A stretch of 37,589 bases of DNA, taken from the IMG/VR virus record IMGVR_UViG_3300020045_009645, positions 1-37,589 of that record, one strand, 5' to 3'. Below the pieces are notes generated by a model, which made no database searches, was not told where the DNA came from, and saw nothing but the letters and a program-made list of their open reading frames with translations. The position numbers and the translations under genes are program-made. Every line of letters begins with the position of its first letter. The stretch's first letter is position 1. Positions 1 to 8,985 of the stretch are shown here, piece by piece. The stretch is from a virus (Duplodnaviria; Caudoviricetes).

Positions 1-55
1 ACAACGCTTATTCTAATAATGTATTACGTTTTAAAACTTTAACATAATTTTAACA

Positions 56-1981
56 CTAAACAGATTTTTTAAGTATTTCAGATAATTCCGTTATTTTAAC
101 TGATTTTTTAATTTTTACATCTGGATTGTTCATTATTTCATCTATTAAAGTACCTACTTCATTTAATGCACGAACATAGTAACCACGGCATTTAATATAT
201 GCTGGTTTTTCGATGTGTTCCATGTGTTCTAAATCTAAACGGTTTAAAAGAACGTTTTCTTGTGACGGCATTGTGTAATTTGAATTTGCACCCGTATTCA
301 CAATTTTTGTTTTTTCAACAGTTTGAGGTGTTACAGAATTCATGTTTGCAGGCACTTGCACCGTTGTGCCTTCTGGGGCAGTTCCTGTCTTAGCAAATTC
401 GATTTTAACTTCTGCAGGTTCAATTTCCGTATTACTCACTTCATTAAATGCTCCCAAAGCGGCTAATTGAGCCTCTAATTTTTTTATCTTAGCGTCTTTT
501 TCGCTTTCAACTAACGCTTGAGCATCTAAAGCCGTTTTGATCGCTTTTCCATTTTCAACAATAATTTTGAAATCTTCATCGCTGGCAGATTCGATTTGAG
601 ACGGCAAACAATAAATCGTTCCAATGCTGTAAACCGAACCGTTAAAAGTAAATGGAACTGCAAATAATTCATCGGTACGAAGTTTTATTTTAGCCAATTT
701 AGCACGTTGTTCTGCTTGTTCACGTAATATTTCAGCATTTTCCCATGTTGAAATAATTGTTTTTTGCTCGTCATAAGGATCACGAGTTAATTTTGCTATT
801 ATTCCTGTCTCGGAAGAAAACATTTTCTTGAATGCATTTATACATCGAACTCCTAAAGCGTCAACACCGTCTTTGCCGTCTATTGCTGTTGATGCCTTCA
901 AAAGTGTAGCTGCTGTTTTTTTTGCTTTTTCGTAACTTGTTTTATCGGTAATTTTAACAACAGGATTTGCTTTTACAATTTCGAGTTGTTTTTCCTTAAG
1001 CCCTACGAGTTCCGAAATACGTTCTGGAGTAAAATTTTCAAACACTTGAACCGAAACTGGTTTTTTTACAGGAACACTTGAAATTGGAGTGTTATCAGAA
1101 GCCGGAATAATTTCAGCAGTTACAGTTGGAGTAACTTTATTTTTTGATTTTTCTTGAGTGATTTTATTAATTAAAATATTCCAGTCATCTTCTGAATCAT
1201 CTGAAACGCTGTTTTGAGTAATGAAAAACCCAAGCCCGTTAAATGATCCGTTTGAAATATCAAACTTAAGTCCTAATGTTACCAACTGACTTATTCTAGT
1301 GTCAATATAATCTTCAATTGTGGTTGCTGGTAATGTAATTTTATCAACAGGAATACACAGCTGATTATTTTCCGTTATTTCTAATTCTGTAATCGTTTCA
1401 GTTTTACCAGCTTCGGTAAACTGCTCTCTTAATGTTTTTTCTTTCATTTCTTCTTCTTTTAATCCTTGTTCTAATGTTCTGTTAGATGCTTTTAGCATAT
1501 GCGCTTTTCTTTCTTTCGCTGCAGATATCCATCCATCAATTGATAGATATTGCTGATCAATAGCTCTAAGCGTCATTCTTAGAGTGAATTTACCGGAGTA
1601 ACCTCCCTGCGTTTTTTCGTATTCATCTAACTTTGAAATCTTGTAATAATCGTGTTTCGGAAATTGTTTTTCCAAATCTACAAAATCCTGATGCTTTAAT
1701 GAATAATCAGTTTTTATTTCCTCAGAAACAATTCCTAGATCAACTAAAGATAATTTCATCACTTCAACGAACTGTTTAAATGAATGCAGGTCTGAATTAT
1801 CAGCTCCTAAATCCAAAGAGTTGATCTCATGCCATTTGTCGGTATAAGCAACAAGAATAATTGTTTGGTTCATTATTCCAGACTTTAACAGGTTTGCACA
1901 TTCGCAAATCGTGCCTTTAAAATTGACTTCTAAAGTTTCGTTGGAAACTGAAAAAGATTTTGGTTTTGATAGTTTGTTCAT
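56..1981 (-). CDS. Large hypothetical phage protein with central coiled-coil region
   Basis: 641-aa ORF in the operon direction; E/K/A-rich helical stretches; no catalytic motif recognised. Confidence 0.7.
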   Translation of the reverse strand: MNKLSKPKSFSVSNETLEVNFKGTICECANLLKSGIMNQTIILVAYTDKWHEINSLDLGADNSDLHSFKQFVEVMKLSLVDLGIVSEEIKTDYSLKHQDFVDLEKQFPKHDYYKISKLDEYEKTQGGYSGKFTLRMTLRAIDQQYLSIDGWISAAKERKAHMLKASNRTLEQGLKEEEMKEKTLREQFTEAGKTETITELEITENNQLCIPVDKITLPATTIEDYIDTRISQLVTLGLKFDISNGSFNGLGFFITQNSVSDDSEDDWNILINKITQEKSKNKVTPTVTAEIIPASDNTPISSVPVKKPVSVQVFENFTPERISELVGLKEKQLEIVKANPVVKITDKTSYEKAKKTAATLLKASTAIDGKDGVDALGVRCINAFKKMFSSETGIIAKLTRDPYDEQKTIISTWENAEILREQAEQRAKLAKIKLRTDELFAVPFTFNGSVYSIGTIYCLPSQIESASDEDFKIIVENGKAIKTALDAQALVESEKDAKIKKLEAQLAALGAFNEVSNTEIEPAEVKIEFAKTGTAPEGTTVQVPANMNSVTPQTVEKTKIVNTGANSNYTMPSQENVLLNRLDLEHMEHIEKPAYIKCRGYYVRALNEVGTLIDEIMNNPDVKIKKSVKITELSEILKKSV

Positions 1982-2083
1982 TTTTTTACTGGTTTTAAAT
2001 ATTGAAGTTTAATTTTTAATCCGTGTTGGATGATTTTAGTGTCACGTGCAATAATTGCCTGTGTAATTTTTTTCTGCCATGGT

Positions 2084-2302
2084 TTAATTTATTTGTATTT
2101 GGTCTTGTACAATTATTTTACAACGAAATTCTAACATGTTTTCTAAATCAGTTTCGGTAAAGTTTACCAATTCTTCTAAATTTTCAATAGGAATATTTCT
2201 CAAAAAATCCAAAATAAAAATCCTTTTAGCTACATCTTTACACACATATCCGTCAAAATCATTTTTAAACACTTTTTCTACGCTTTGAAGAATTGTACTC
2301 AT
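2084..2302 (-). CDS. Hypothetical protein (72 aa, MSTILQSVEK...)
   Basis: ATG at 2302 preferred, because the longer TTG start (2332) lies inside the upstream promoter box. Confidence 0.65.
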   Translation of the reverse strand: MSTILQSVEKVFKNDFDGYVCKDVAKRIFILDFLRNIPIENLEELVNFTETDLENMLEFRCKIIVQDQIQIN

Positions 2303-2317
2303 ATTTAATGTTTTTAA

Positions 2318-2357
2318 ATTAATAATAAGCAAATTTAAACATTATTTTTAAATAAAC
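2318..2357 (-). promoter_or_regulatory. Promoter/operator element, copy 1 of an exact 40-bp repeat
   Basis: Plus strand attaataataagcaaatttaaacattatttttaaataaac is identical to 24976-25015; minus strand contains TAAATTTG (Bacteroidota TAnnTTTG -7 box) preceded by AATGTT. Confidence 0.75.
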
Positions 2358-5155
2358 TAATAATTTTTAAATTTTATTTCAGATTGTTTGTATTCTGGCT
2401 TTTCTATTGGTTTTTCTTGAATAGGTTCTTCTTTGATTGCTTCTCCAAATATCAAACGAGTATCTATTTTAACCGCATTTGACTTTATATGGCTTCCAAA
2501 AGTGGTATTATTAATTTTTTCAGAGCTTTCGACACGTCTTAAAATCGTATGATAATTTCTTGAATACGATGTATTTTCTAAAAACTTACGTATTTTTTCT
2601 GAATTGTCCGAAATTATCAAATAAACACCGCTGTTTTTCATCCCCAGACGCTTTAATGTCGAATTAGCCAAATCGGCACTTATACGGCTTGATTCTTCAT
2701 CAGATATAAAATCTCCTCTCCCTATTATTACAAGTTCTCCTATGGTGCGTTTTACCTTTCCGTAAGGTGTTTCTACTTCGGTATCGCAACCCATTAAGTG
2801 ATTAATTAATTTAATTTCGTCACGGGATTCATTAGCTAGTTTTTCCTCTGATAAATCCTGTTCAATCATCCATTTTGTTGCACTTTCTAACGATATTTCG
2901 CTTTCAGAAGTAAGGCTGTAATATGCGGCTAAAATTATTCCCAACTGATCGCCTGTACGCTGGTTATTCAAGACTATTGAAGCAGCGTTTGAAAACACCT
3001 TTGCATTCCTTAGAATTGTAGGTAACAGCCAGACGGAACGGCTTTGAAATCCTTCAATATATTCATCGGTCACCGTTTCGTAGTACATCTTTAATGTTTC
3101 AGTCCAACGTTCTTTTTTATCATCCGATAAGTCTGGAAGTATTTCTAAAACAGTTATTCTTGATTGATCCGAACGCTGGTGAATAGCTGAAGCAATACTT
3201 GAAAAAGCAAAACACGAACGTATATTAAATTCGGCCGCTACACCTCCGGAGCTACCTTTGATAATTTTACCGCCATCACTTGTGGAACTGGCCCGCATGA
3301 TATTCAAAACCGCCTGCATTCTTTCGGCTGATTTTTTGTCCTCGCTTTCGGCTTCATCGAATACAACTGGCAAAGCATCGGCTTTTAAAAATTGTCTTAT
3401 TCCTGCTTCTGTTGTTTCAGATTGTGCATCAACAAACATTTCACGCATGAAGTTTTTTACAAACATTTTTATAATTTCTGATTTTCCAGAACCTGAAGCA
3501 CCTGTAAGCCATAAATGAGGTCTCCAATTCAATGCTCCGCATAGTGGCGCAATAACTATCCAGCCAGCAAGTAACTTCGCTTCTAAAGGACGTGACCAGT
3601 TTAAACGGCTTAACAACTGAACTAATTTATAAGCTTCGTGTTTTTTTAATGGAGTTGTGAGGTTAAAACCAAGTTCTTTTCCTGCTTCATATATAAAATT
3701 AGACTTATAGTCTGAAAATCTTTTTGCAACCCCGTTAACAATTAAATGACTTCCGCAATGAATCACAGGAACTTTTTTGTCAATCCATGCTCCACGTCCA
3801 CGAATCATATTATTGTCGAAAATACCGAGTTTTGAACAGATTGAAATCAAATTATCTGTGATTCTGGCAATATCATATTTCACACCCGAACGCCCATCTT
3901 TGCCATAATTCCCCTCCCAATAGTTCAATGGAGCTAATTGTAAAATCGTGGAACCTGAAAAACTTGACGAAGTATAACGAAGTACTGAATTGGTACGATA
4001 ATTAAAAAAAACGTAAATAGTGCCTCCATTGTTTTCGTGACCAAGACATTTGAAATATGGATTTTTCGGTACATTTTCTACTTCTTCTACTTCTGGAGTA
4101 ACTGGTTTGAAAACTGGCGGTATAATTTCGGCAGGAGCTTCGAAAACTGGCTTCACAACCTCCATTATTGCAGGTTCTGGAATCTCATTTGGTGCATGTT
4201 CCGATACTATCGGAACGTCTGATTTATTCGCCTGCAAATATTCAAGGGCTTCTTCTGGTGTCCAAACAGCGTCTGCAACGTCCCATTTTTTAGGAAACTC
4301 AGGACTGTTCTTTATTTGCTTAAAACTAGCTTCGAATAGTTCAGAAATACCTTTTACACGTCGGTATTTTTCGGTTTTCTCATTATATGACCACCCGCCA
4401 AACATAGCGTGAAGTCCAGGAACATCATTATCAGCCCAAAGAAATATTTTACGTCCGTGCAACGGTGTCCAATCAGCATTTTTAACCCCATCAGCCCCAC
4501 CTATCCATGTTGTAACAACGTATTTCGGAAATAATAACTTTGCTGCATCGGCTGTTTTTTCACCTTCAACTAACAGAGCGATTGCGTTATGACGTGATTT
4601 TAATTCGTGCAGATTATATAGTAAACGAGGTGTATCAAGTCCACGCCAAGCCCATTGAGTTTTTTTGCCGTTTGATTTATAACTGTATGGAATAACGTCT
4701 TTTTTACCGTCTGACAAGTCGAAACGACAAACGAACGAAATAACATTTCCGTTCATATCATGGTAAGCCCAAGCATTAGAAGGATTACCGTAATCTTTGA
4801 AAGTGAGTTTTAACGGGTCAGGCAAATTATTTTGGTCAGGAATAGCATTTATCCAAACTGGTTCTTTTATTTTAGGCTCGTGTGAAGCAATAGAAACAAT
4901 AGAATTGTTTTGAATCAACTTCATCGATTCTGGTTTCGTATATCCTTGCAATTCAAAAAAATCAACAACATCACCACCAGCACCGCAAGCAAAGCACTTG
5001 AATTTTTGCTTAACGGGATTTACTTTCAAAGAGGCGTGATCGTCTGCGTGAAAAATACAGTTTCCAACCATTTCTGGACCTTGTTTTTTCAACTGAATAT
5101 GCTGACTTATTACCTCTTCAATTCGATAGTTTGATTTAATTTCTTGGATAGTCAT
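2357..5155 (-). CDS. DNA primase-helicase (CHC2 zinc finger + TOPRIM + P-loop ATPase)
   Basis: CIFHADDHAS...CFACGAGG zinc finger; LLVEGEKTADA and WADND TOPRIM motifs; LTGASGSGKS Walker A; VVFDEAE Walker B. Confidence 0.9.
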   Translation of the reverse strand: MTIQEIKSNYRIEEVISQHIQLKKQGPEMVGNCIFHADDHASLKVNPVKQKFKCFACGAGGDVVDFFELQGYTKPESMKLIQNNSIVSIASHEPKIKEPVWINAIPDQNNLPDPLKLTFKDYGNPSNAWAYHDMNGNVISFVCRFDLSDGKKDVIPYSYKSNGKKTQWAWRGLDTPRLLYNLHELKSRHNAIALLVEGEKTADAAKLLFPKYVVTTWIGGADGVKNADWTPLHGRKIFLWADNDVPGLHAMFGGWSYNEKTEKYRRVKGISELFEASFKQIKNSPEFPKKWDVADAVWTPEEALEYLQANKSDVPIVSEHAPNEIPEPAIMEVVKPVFEAPAEIIPPVFKPVTPEVEEVENVPKNPYFKCLGHENNGGTIYVFFNYRTNSVLRYTSSSFSGSTILQLAPLNYWEGNYGKDGRSGVKYDIARITDNLISICSKLGIFDNNMIRGRGAWIDKKVPVIHCGSHLIVNGVAKRFSDYKSNFIYEAGKELGFNLTTPLKKHEAYKLVQLLSRLNWSRPLEAKLLAGWIVIAPLCGALNWRPHLWLTGASGSGKSEIIKMFVKNFMREMFVDAQSETTEAGIRQFLKADALPVVFDEAESEDKKSAERMQAVLNIMRASSTSDGGKIIKGSSGGVAAEFNIRSCFAFSSIASAIHQRSDQSRITVLEILPDLSDDKKERWTETLKMYYETVTDEYIEGFQSRSVWLLPTILRNAKVFSNAASIVLNNQRTGDQLGIILAAYYSLTSESEISLESATKWMIEQDLSEEKLANESRDEIKLINHLMGCDTEVETPYGKVKRTIGELVIIGRGDFISDEESSRISADLANSTLKRLGMKNSGVYLIISDNSEKIRKFLENTSYSRNYHTILRRVESSEKINNTTFGSHIKSNAVKIDTRLIFGEAIKEEPIQEKPIEKPEYKQSEIKFKNY

Positions 5156-5202
5156 TTGATAGCTTTTTGATAGGAGGGGTAAATTTAGGTTATTTTTATT
5201 AT

Positions 5203-5607
5203 TTATAGCAGGATATTATTTTCATCCCTACATATAATTCCTTTACCTCCTAATTTTTTTACCATATCCAAGAAATTAATTTGATTTTCCTGAACACGTC
5301 CTGAAGGTAATTTAACTTCGATTGCTACAAAGCAGGCTACTTCAGTCCCTACCATTTCAGGGGTTATTTTTATCGCCTTCAAGCCGATAAGGTCGGAACT
5401 TCCGGGACATAAACCAGCATCGAAATAGCGGGCTTGTTGTACTAAAACGTCGCCAGCTTTTACGTTCACCGTTTGCGGGCTGTTAAACATTTTAGAAGCT
5501 CCAATCCAGCATTTGCCAGAATTATTTCTAAATATCCTAATTTTTGGGTCTGCACCTAGTTTTAGCATTATTTTGCGGACTAGGTTTGTTTCTTGGCTAT
5601 TGCTCAT
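5203..5607 (-). CDS. VRR-NUC family nuclease
   Basis: N-terminal ETNLVRKI, GSSDLIG and AIEVK...Q..F motifs of VRR-NUC PD-(D/E)XK nucleases. Confidence 0.85.
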   Translation of the reverse strand: MSNSQETNLVRKIMLKLGADPKIRIFRNNSGKCWIGASKMFNSPQTVNVKAGDVLVQQARYFDAGLCPGSSDLIGLKAIKITPEMVGTEVACFVAIEVKLPSGRVQENQINFLDMVKKLGGKGIICRDENNILL

Positions 5608-5800
5608 TGCTTTCTGAATTTGGTAATTCTAACAATCCTCTAAACGTATCGTGTCCGCATTTAGGACAGGTTAATACACTTTCATTTGACGAAATTCTTT
5701 TCGAAACCTGTTGTTCTGTAGTGCCTTGCCATTTGCATTTTATAGAATCGCATTCGTAGGCTTTTGGCTCTTCTCTGAATTTTGTATATTTTCTTTTCAT
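5597..5800 (-). CDS. Small zinc-ribbon protein
   Basis: CDSIKC...CPKC; overlaps the downstream gene start. Confidence 0.65.
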   Translation of the reverse strand: MKRKYTKFREEPKAYECDSIKCKWQGTTEQQVSKRISSNESVLTCPKCGHDTFRGLLELPNSESNEQ

Positions 5801-5812
5801 GTGAAAATTTTT

Positions 5813-6001
5813 TTATTGAATATTATAAATTGAAGGCAATTGAAAAATTTCTTCTGGAGTTTCGGTAACGAAAACATCATTTTTATCCGAGAATCGTATA
5901 ACAGTCACATTTCCTCTTGAAGACTGCCAAATGCTTGTGGCTAAATCTAAATTTACATAAATAGACTTGCCGTCCTTGCTAGTTAGTTTCTTTGTATTCA
6001 T
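5813..6001 (-). CDS. Small hypothetical protein (loosely FlbD-like beta fold)
   Basis: 62 aa with IYVN...TVIRF...VFVTETPEEI pattern; ATGA overlap with the upstream ORF. Confidence 0.6.
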   Translation of the reverse strand: MNTKKLTSKDGKSIYVNLDLATSIWQSSRGNVTVIRFSDKNDVFVTETPEEIFQLPSIYNIQ

Positions 6002-6162
6002 TTGATAAATTTTTTATTGATTATTAAATAGATTAAAATTCCTGCCATTATTGCAATTATCCAAACAGGATTATCAATTGATACGCTGTCAATTATATCG
6101 TTGCAATGCGGGTTTCTTGGAGGGCATGGTGCGTTTGGGTTTCTCGTAAAAATCATAATCAT
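5998..6162 (-). CDS. 54-aa single-pass membrane peptide, not in ORF track (MIMIFTRNPNAPCPPRNPHCNDIIDSVSIDNPVWIIAIMAGILIYLIINKKFIK)
   Basis: Hand-translated; fills the gap between neighbours, TGA overlaps the next ATG; hydrophobic helix followed by a basic tail. Confidence 0.7.
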   Translation of the reverse strand: MIMIFTRNPNAPCPPRNPHCNDIIDSVSIDNPVWIIAIMAGILIYLIINKKFIK

Positions 6163-6166
6163 TTAT

Positions 6167-6607
6167 TTAAAACGGACAATGTTCTTCGTGATCTGGCGGT
6201 AATTCTGTAACATGTTTATCATGGTCGTGATACTTTCGGATATTAGCCATATTTGTGATAAGTTGGATATTTCCAATGTGGTACCCTTCCCAGTTTCGTA
6301 TTCTGTCAACTGTGCAATTTTTTCCACGGTAACCACGTTTAATGATATATCCTTTTTCTTGGCACCATTCCCGAAACTGCTCCAGCGTGATGGTGAAATT
6401 TTTGCAACGTCTTAATGCATTGCCTCTAAAATTCACATATCTATCATAAACAGGATCAATAATGCGCCTGTGAATGTGATAATGTTTGTGACATAATCCA
6501 CGCTTTTTAGCACATGGTTTTGATTTGCAATGATAAGCGCAACAATAACGACCTTCTATTTTCTTAGCTTCTGAAATTTTGAATTCCAGTTTTTTAGGAG
6601 TGAACAT
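6167..6607 (-). CDS. Putative HNH/His-Me-finger endonuclease with Cys/His-rich N-terminus
   Basis: CCAYHC...LCHKHY metal-binding motif; TVDRIRNWEGYHIGNIQLITNMAN matches the DRIxxxxGYxxGN pattern. Confidence 0.65.
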   Translation of the reverse strand: MFTPKKLEFKISEAKKIEGRYCCAYHCKSKPCAKKRGLCHKHYHIHRRIIDPVYDRYVNFRGNALRRCKNFTITLEQFREWCQEKGYIIKRGYRGKNCTVDRIRNWEGYHIGNIQLITNMANIRKYHDHDKHVTELPPDHEEHCPF

Positions 6608-6609
6608 GA

Positions 6610-7167
6610 TTACAGTTTAAAAACTCCTAGTTGATATAATTTATAAACCAAATCGGCTTCATAAAATGCGTCATCAGCTCCACGGTGTTGCTCTACATAT
6701 CCAGTTTCTCCAAAAAAATGTTTATGAGCTTCTTCAAAGTTGGGCCATTTATAACCAGCGTATCCGTTACGATTTGGAATTTTGCAAATGTCAGTAGATA
6801 GCTTCATTGGGCAGGCTAATTTTTTTGGAAAAATAAAACCTCTGTCTTCCATAAAACCGAAATCAAATGCGTTGTTATACGCGGTTGCTCCTGCTGGATA
6901 TTTATCCAAAACCGCTTGAATTGTAGGTTTTAAATGAATTAACTGTTTTGATTTTTGAATTGCCTCCAATGTTATTGTTGAATTTTTCACAATCCAAGAA
7001 TCTTCAACTTCTTTTCGTGTTATCGGTCTTTCGTGACACAATTCATTGAAGAGTATTTTTTTTGCACCTGTTTCCAAGTTCAAGCCAACAATACCGACTT
7101 CGATTATTTTTCCACCGCTTTGAAGGAAGCCTGTTGTTTCTAAATCTATTACTAAAATTCTGCTCAT
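6610..7167 (-). CDS. DEDDh 3'-5' exonuclease (DnaQ-like)
   Basis: ExoI DLETTG, ExoII YNNAFD, ExoIII HRGADDA. Confidence 0.9.
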   Translation of the reverse strand: MSRILVIDLETTGFLQSGGKIIEVGIVGLNLETGAKKILFNELCHERPITRKEVEDSWIVKNSTITLEAIQKSKQLIHLKPTIQAVLDKYPAGATAYNNAFDFGFMEDRGFIFPKKLACPMKLSTDICKIPNRNGYAGYKWPNFEEAHKHFFGETGYVEQHRGADDAFYEADLVYKLYQLGVFKL

Positions 7168-7169
7168 AA

Positions 7170-7331
7170 CTATTTTTTAATTAAATTTTCTCTAATAAAA
7201 TTCACTTCGTCTAGATGAAGTTTTTTGTCGCATCGAATTAATTCACCTACTATTTTAAATTCAACTTCCCATCCGTTATCACGGAATATGAAGTATGTGT
7301 CTTGGAAATCTATTTTTGCAGTGTAAATCAC
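7170..7331 (-). CDS. 53-aa hypothetical protein, not in ORF track (MIYTAKIDFQDTYFIFRDNGWEVEFKIV...)
   Basis: Hand-translated GTG-start ORF just below a promoter box; TAG ends 2 nt before the exonuclease ATG. Confidence 0.55.
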   Translation of the reverse strand: MIYTAKIDFQDTYFIFRDNGWEVEFKIVGELIRCDKKLHLDEVNFIRENLIKK

Positions 7332-7346
7332 AACATTTAATTTTAA

Positions 7347-7369
7347 GCAAATATAAACATTAAATTTAA
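7347..7369 (-). promoter_or_regulatory. Promoter/operator element (23-bp repeat)
   Basis: gcaaatataaacattaaatttaa is identical to 9669-9691; minus strand AATGTT followed by TATATTTG. Confidence 0.7.
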
Positions 7370-7395
7370 ATATTTACTATAATTTAAATTTATTT

Positions 7396-8985
7396 TTAAA
7401 AATCTAAATCTTCATCAAATTCTCCTGCTGGAACTTCTTCAAATTGAATTTCTTGCTCTTGTTGTATTCTCAGTTTTTCCAGTCGCTCATTTTCTATTCT
7501 AATACGTTCCAATTCCAACTTTTCAGCTTTCTTTTCACGGGAGGTAAAAATAGCGTTTGCCCAACCTGGTTTATAACCTCTTTCGGCAGCTAATTTTTTT
7601 AAGTCTTCCAACGTTTCGGTTTTACCCTGTTCCTTACGTTTTTCTTTACGAATTAAAGTTTCTGCCGTAATCTCTTGCAGGTCGCCATCAATTTGTTTAG
7701 GAGTAGTATCACGTTTTTTATTCACGTGTCCGCACATTGGACAAACTGGAGCCGGTTCGTAAACAGCAAAACAACTTTCACACATATCGACTTTAACGGC
7801 GATTTCTTGGTTTTTCTTGCCTCGTTTTTTTGTTTCACCTTCTAATGTCCATTCCTGTACATCGTATGGCAAGCCATGGCGTTCTGTGTTTCCTACGTGG
7901 TCTAGAATGAATGCGTATGGCTTTTCACTTGCTGCAATAGATGCTAAACGCCCTTCTTTGGTTTCAAGATCAAAACCAGGTGCGTAAACAGGACGTAACA
8001 CACGACCTCGCTGTTGAAAATTCAATCCCTTACTTTGGGTTGGACGTAATTCGATTGCTGTTGTAGCTCTTGGAATATCCGTTCCTTCGCCGATAAGGTC
8101 ACATGAAGTCAATCCGTCAACTGATCCGTTAGTAAGTCCGTCAATAAGTTGTTTTCGCAAAACATCATCGGTATTGCCGTCAATGGAGTAAAAACGATAG
8201 CCAAAATTTCTAAACTCCTGTGCTACGTGTTCAGCATGAGCTACGGACACACAAAAAACTATTGCAGGTGCGTTTGGACATAATTTACGATAATGAGCAA
8301 CAGCTGAACCAATAATTTTTGGCTTATCGACTAAATTCGATAAATCGTTTTTATTAAAATCCCCCATGCTTGTGTGAACATCTGATAAATCAAGTTTATC
8401 AGGAGTTCCAAAAATACGAGGTCTGACTAAAAATCCTTCGTCCATTAGCCATGGCATATTTTGTCCTTCAATCAATTCGTCAAATAATCCACCGCATTTT
8501 CTGCCTAATCCCTGACCGTCTGAACGAATTGGAGTAGCCGTAACTCCAAGCGAATAAGCCTCCGGAAAATATTCAATAATTTTCCTCCAGCTTCCAGCCG
8601 TGGCGTGGTGAGCCTCGTCAATTATTATTGTATCTGGTTCCCAATTAACAGCAGTCAGATAGTGCAGTCGTTTAATTATTGTCTGCACGCTTGCTACTTG
8701 TACATTTGCGTTAAAGTTTGGTGTATAAGCGGGGTTTATCATTCCGTGTTCAACGTCAAACCGATTTAAAGCTGCCGATGTTTGGCGCAATAATTCAACA
8801 CGATGTACAAGTATTAACACTCGTTTTTTTTTAAGTGACGATTGTTGCGCTATGTAAGTGAATATTACAGTTTTTCCTTACCCACCGCCCGTCGGAAGTA
8901 CTAATAAGACGGATTTAATCGTTTTAAAAGCATTCCTAAGGGCGGCGACAGCTGTTTTTTGATAGTTTCTTAGATTTAACGACAT
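7396..8985 (-). CDS. SF2 DEAH-box DNA helicase with an in-frame TAA at 8878-8880 inside Walker A (about 527 aa if two codons are bypassed)
   Basis: From ATG 8985: MSLNLRNYQKTAV (Q motif)...LLVLPTGGG*GKTVIFTYIAQQSSLKKKRVLILVHR, in frame with the 474-aa ORF; DEAH, TATP, EGTDIP, QQRGRVLR and a C-terminal CxxC-CxxC are all intact. Confidence 0.85.

Noticed and set aside
7396-8820. ORF-track start of the helicase at 8820
   Set aside because: It would omit the Q motif and Walker A, which are present in frame upstream.
8878-8880. Genome-wide reassignment of TAA as the explanation for the helicase stop
   Set aside because: TAA terminates most genes here at sensible positions, and the motif has two extra codons rather than one substituted codon.
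8875-8880. TAAGGA as a Shine-Dalgarno site for re-initiation of a split helicase
   Set aside because: No ATG/GTG/TTG at suitable spacing, other genes lack SD motifs, and a restart would lose the Walker A lysine.
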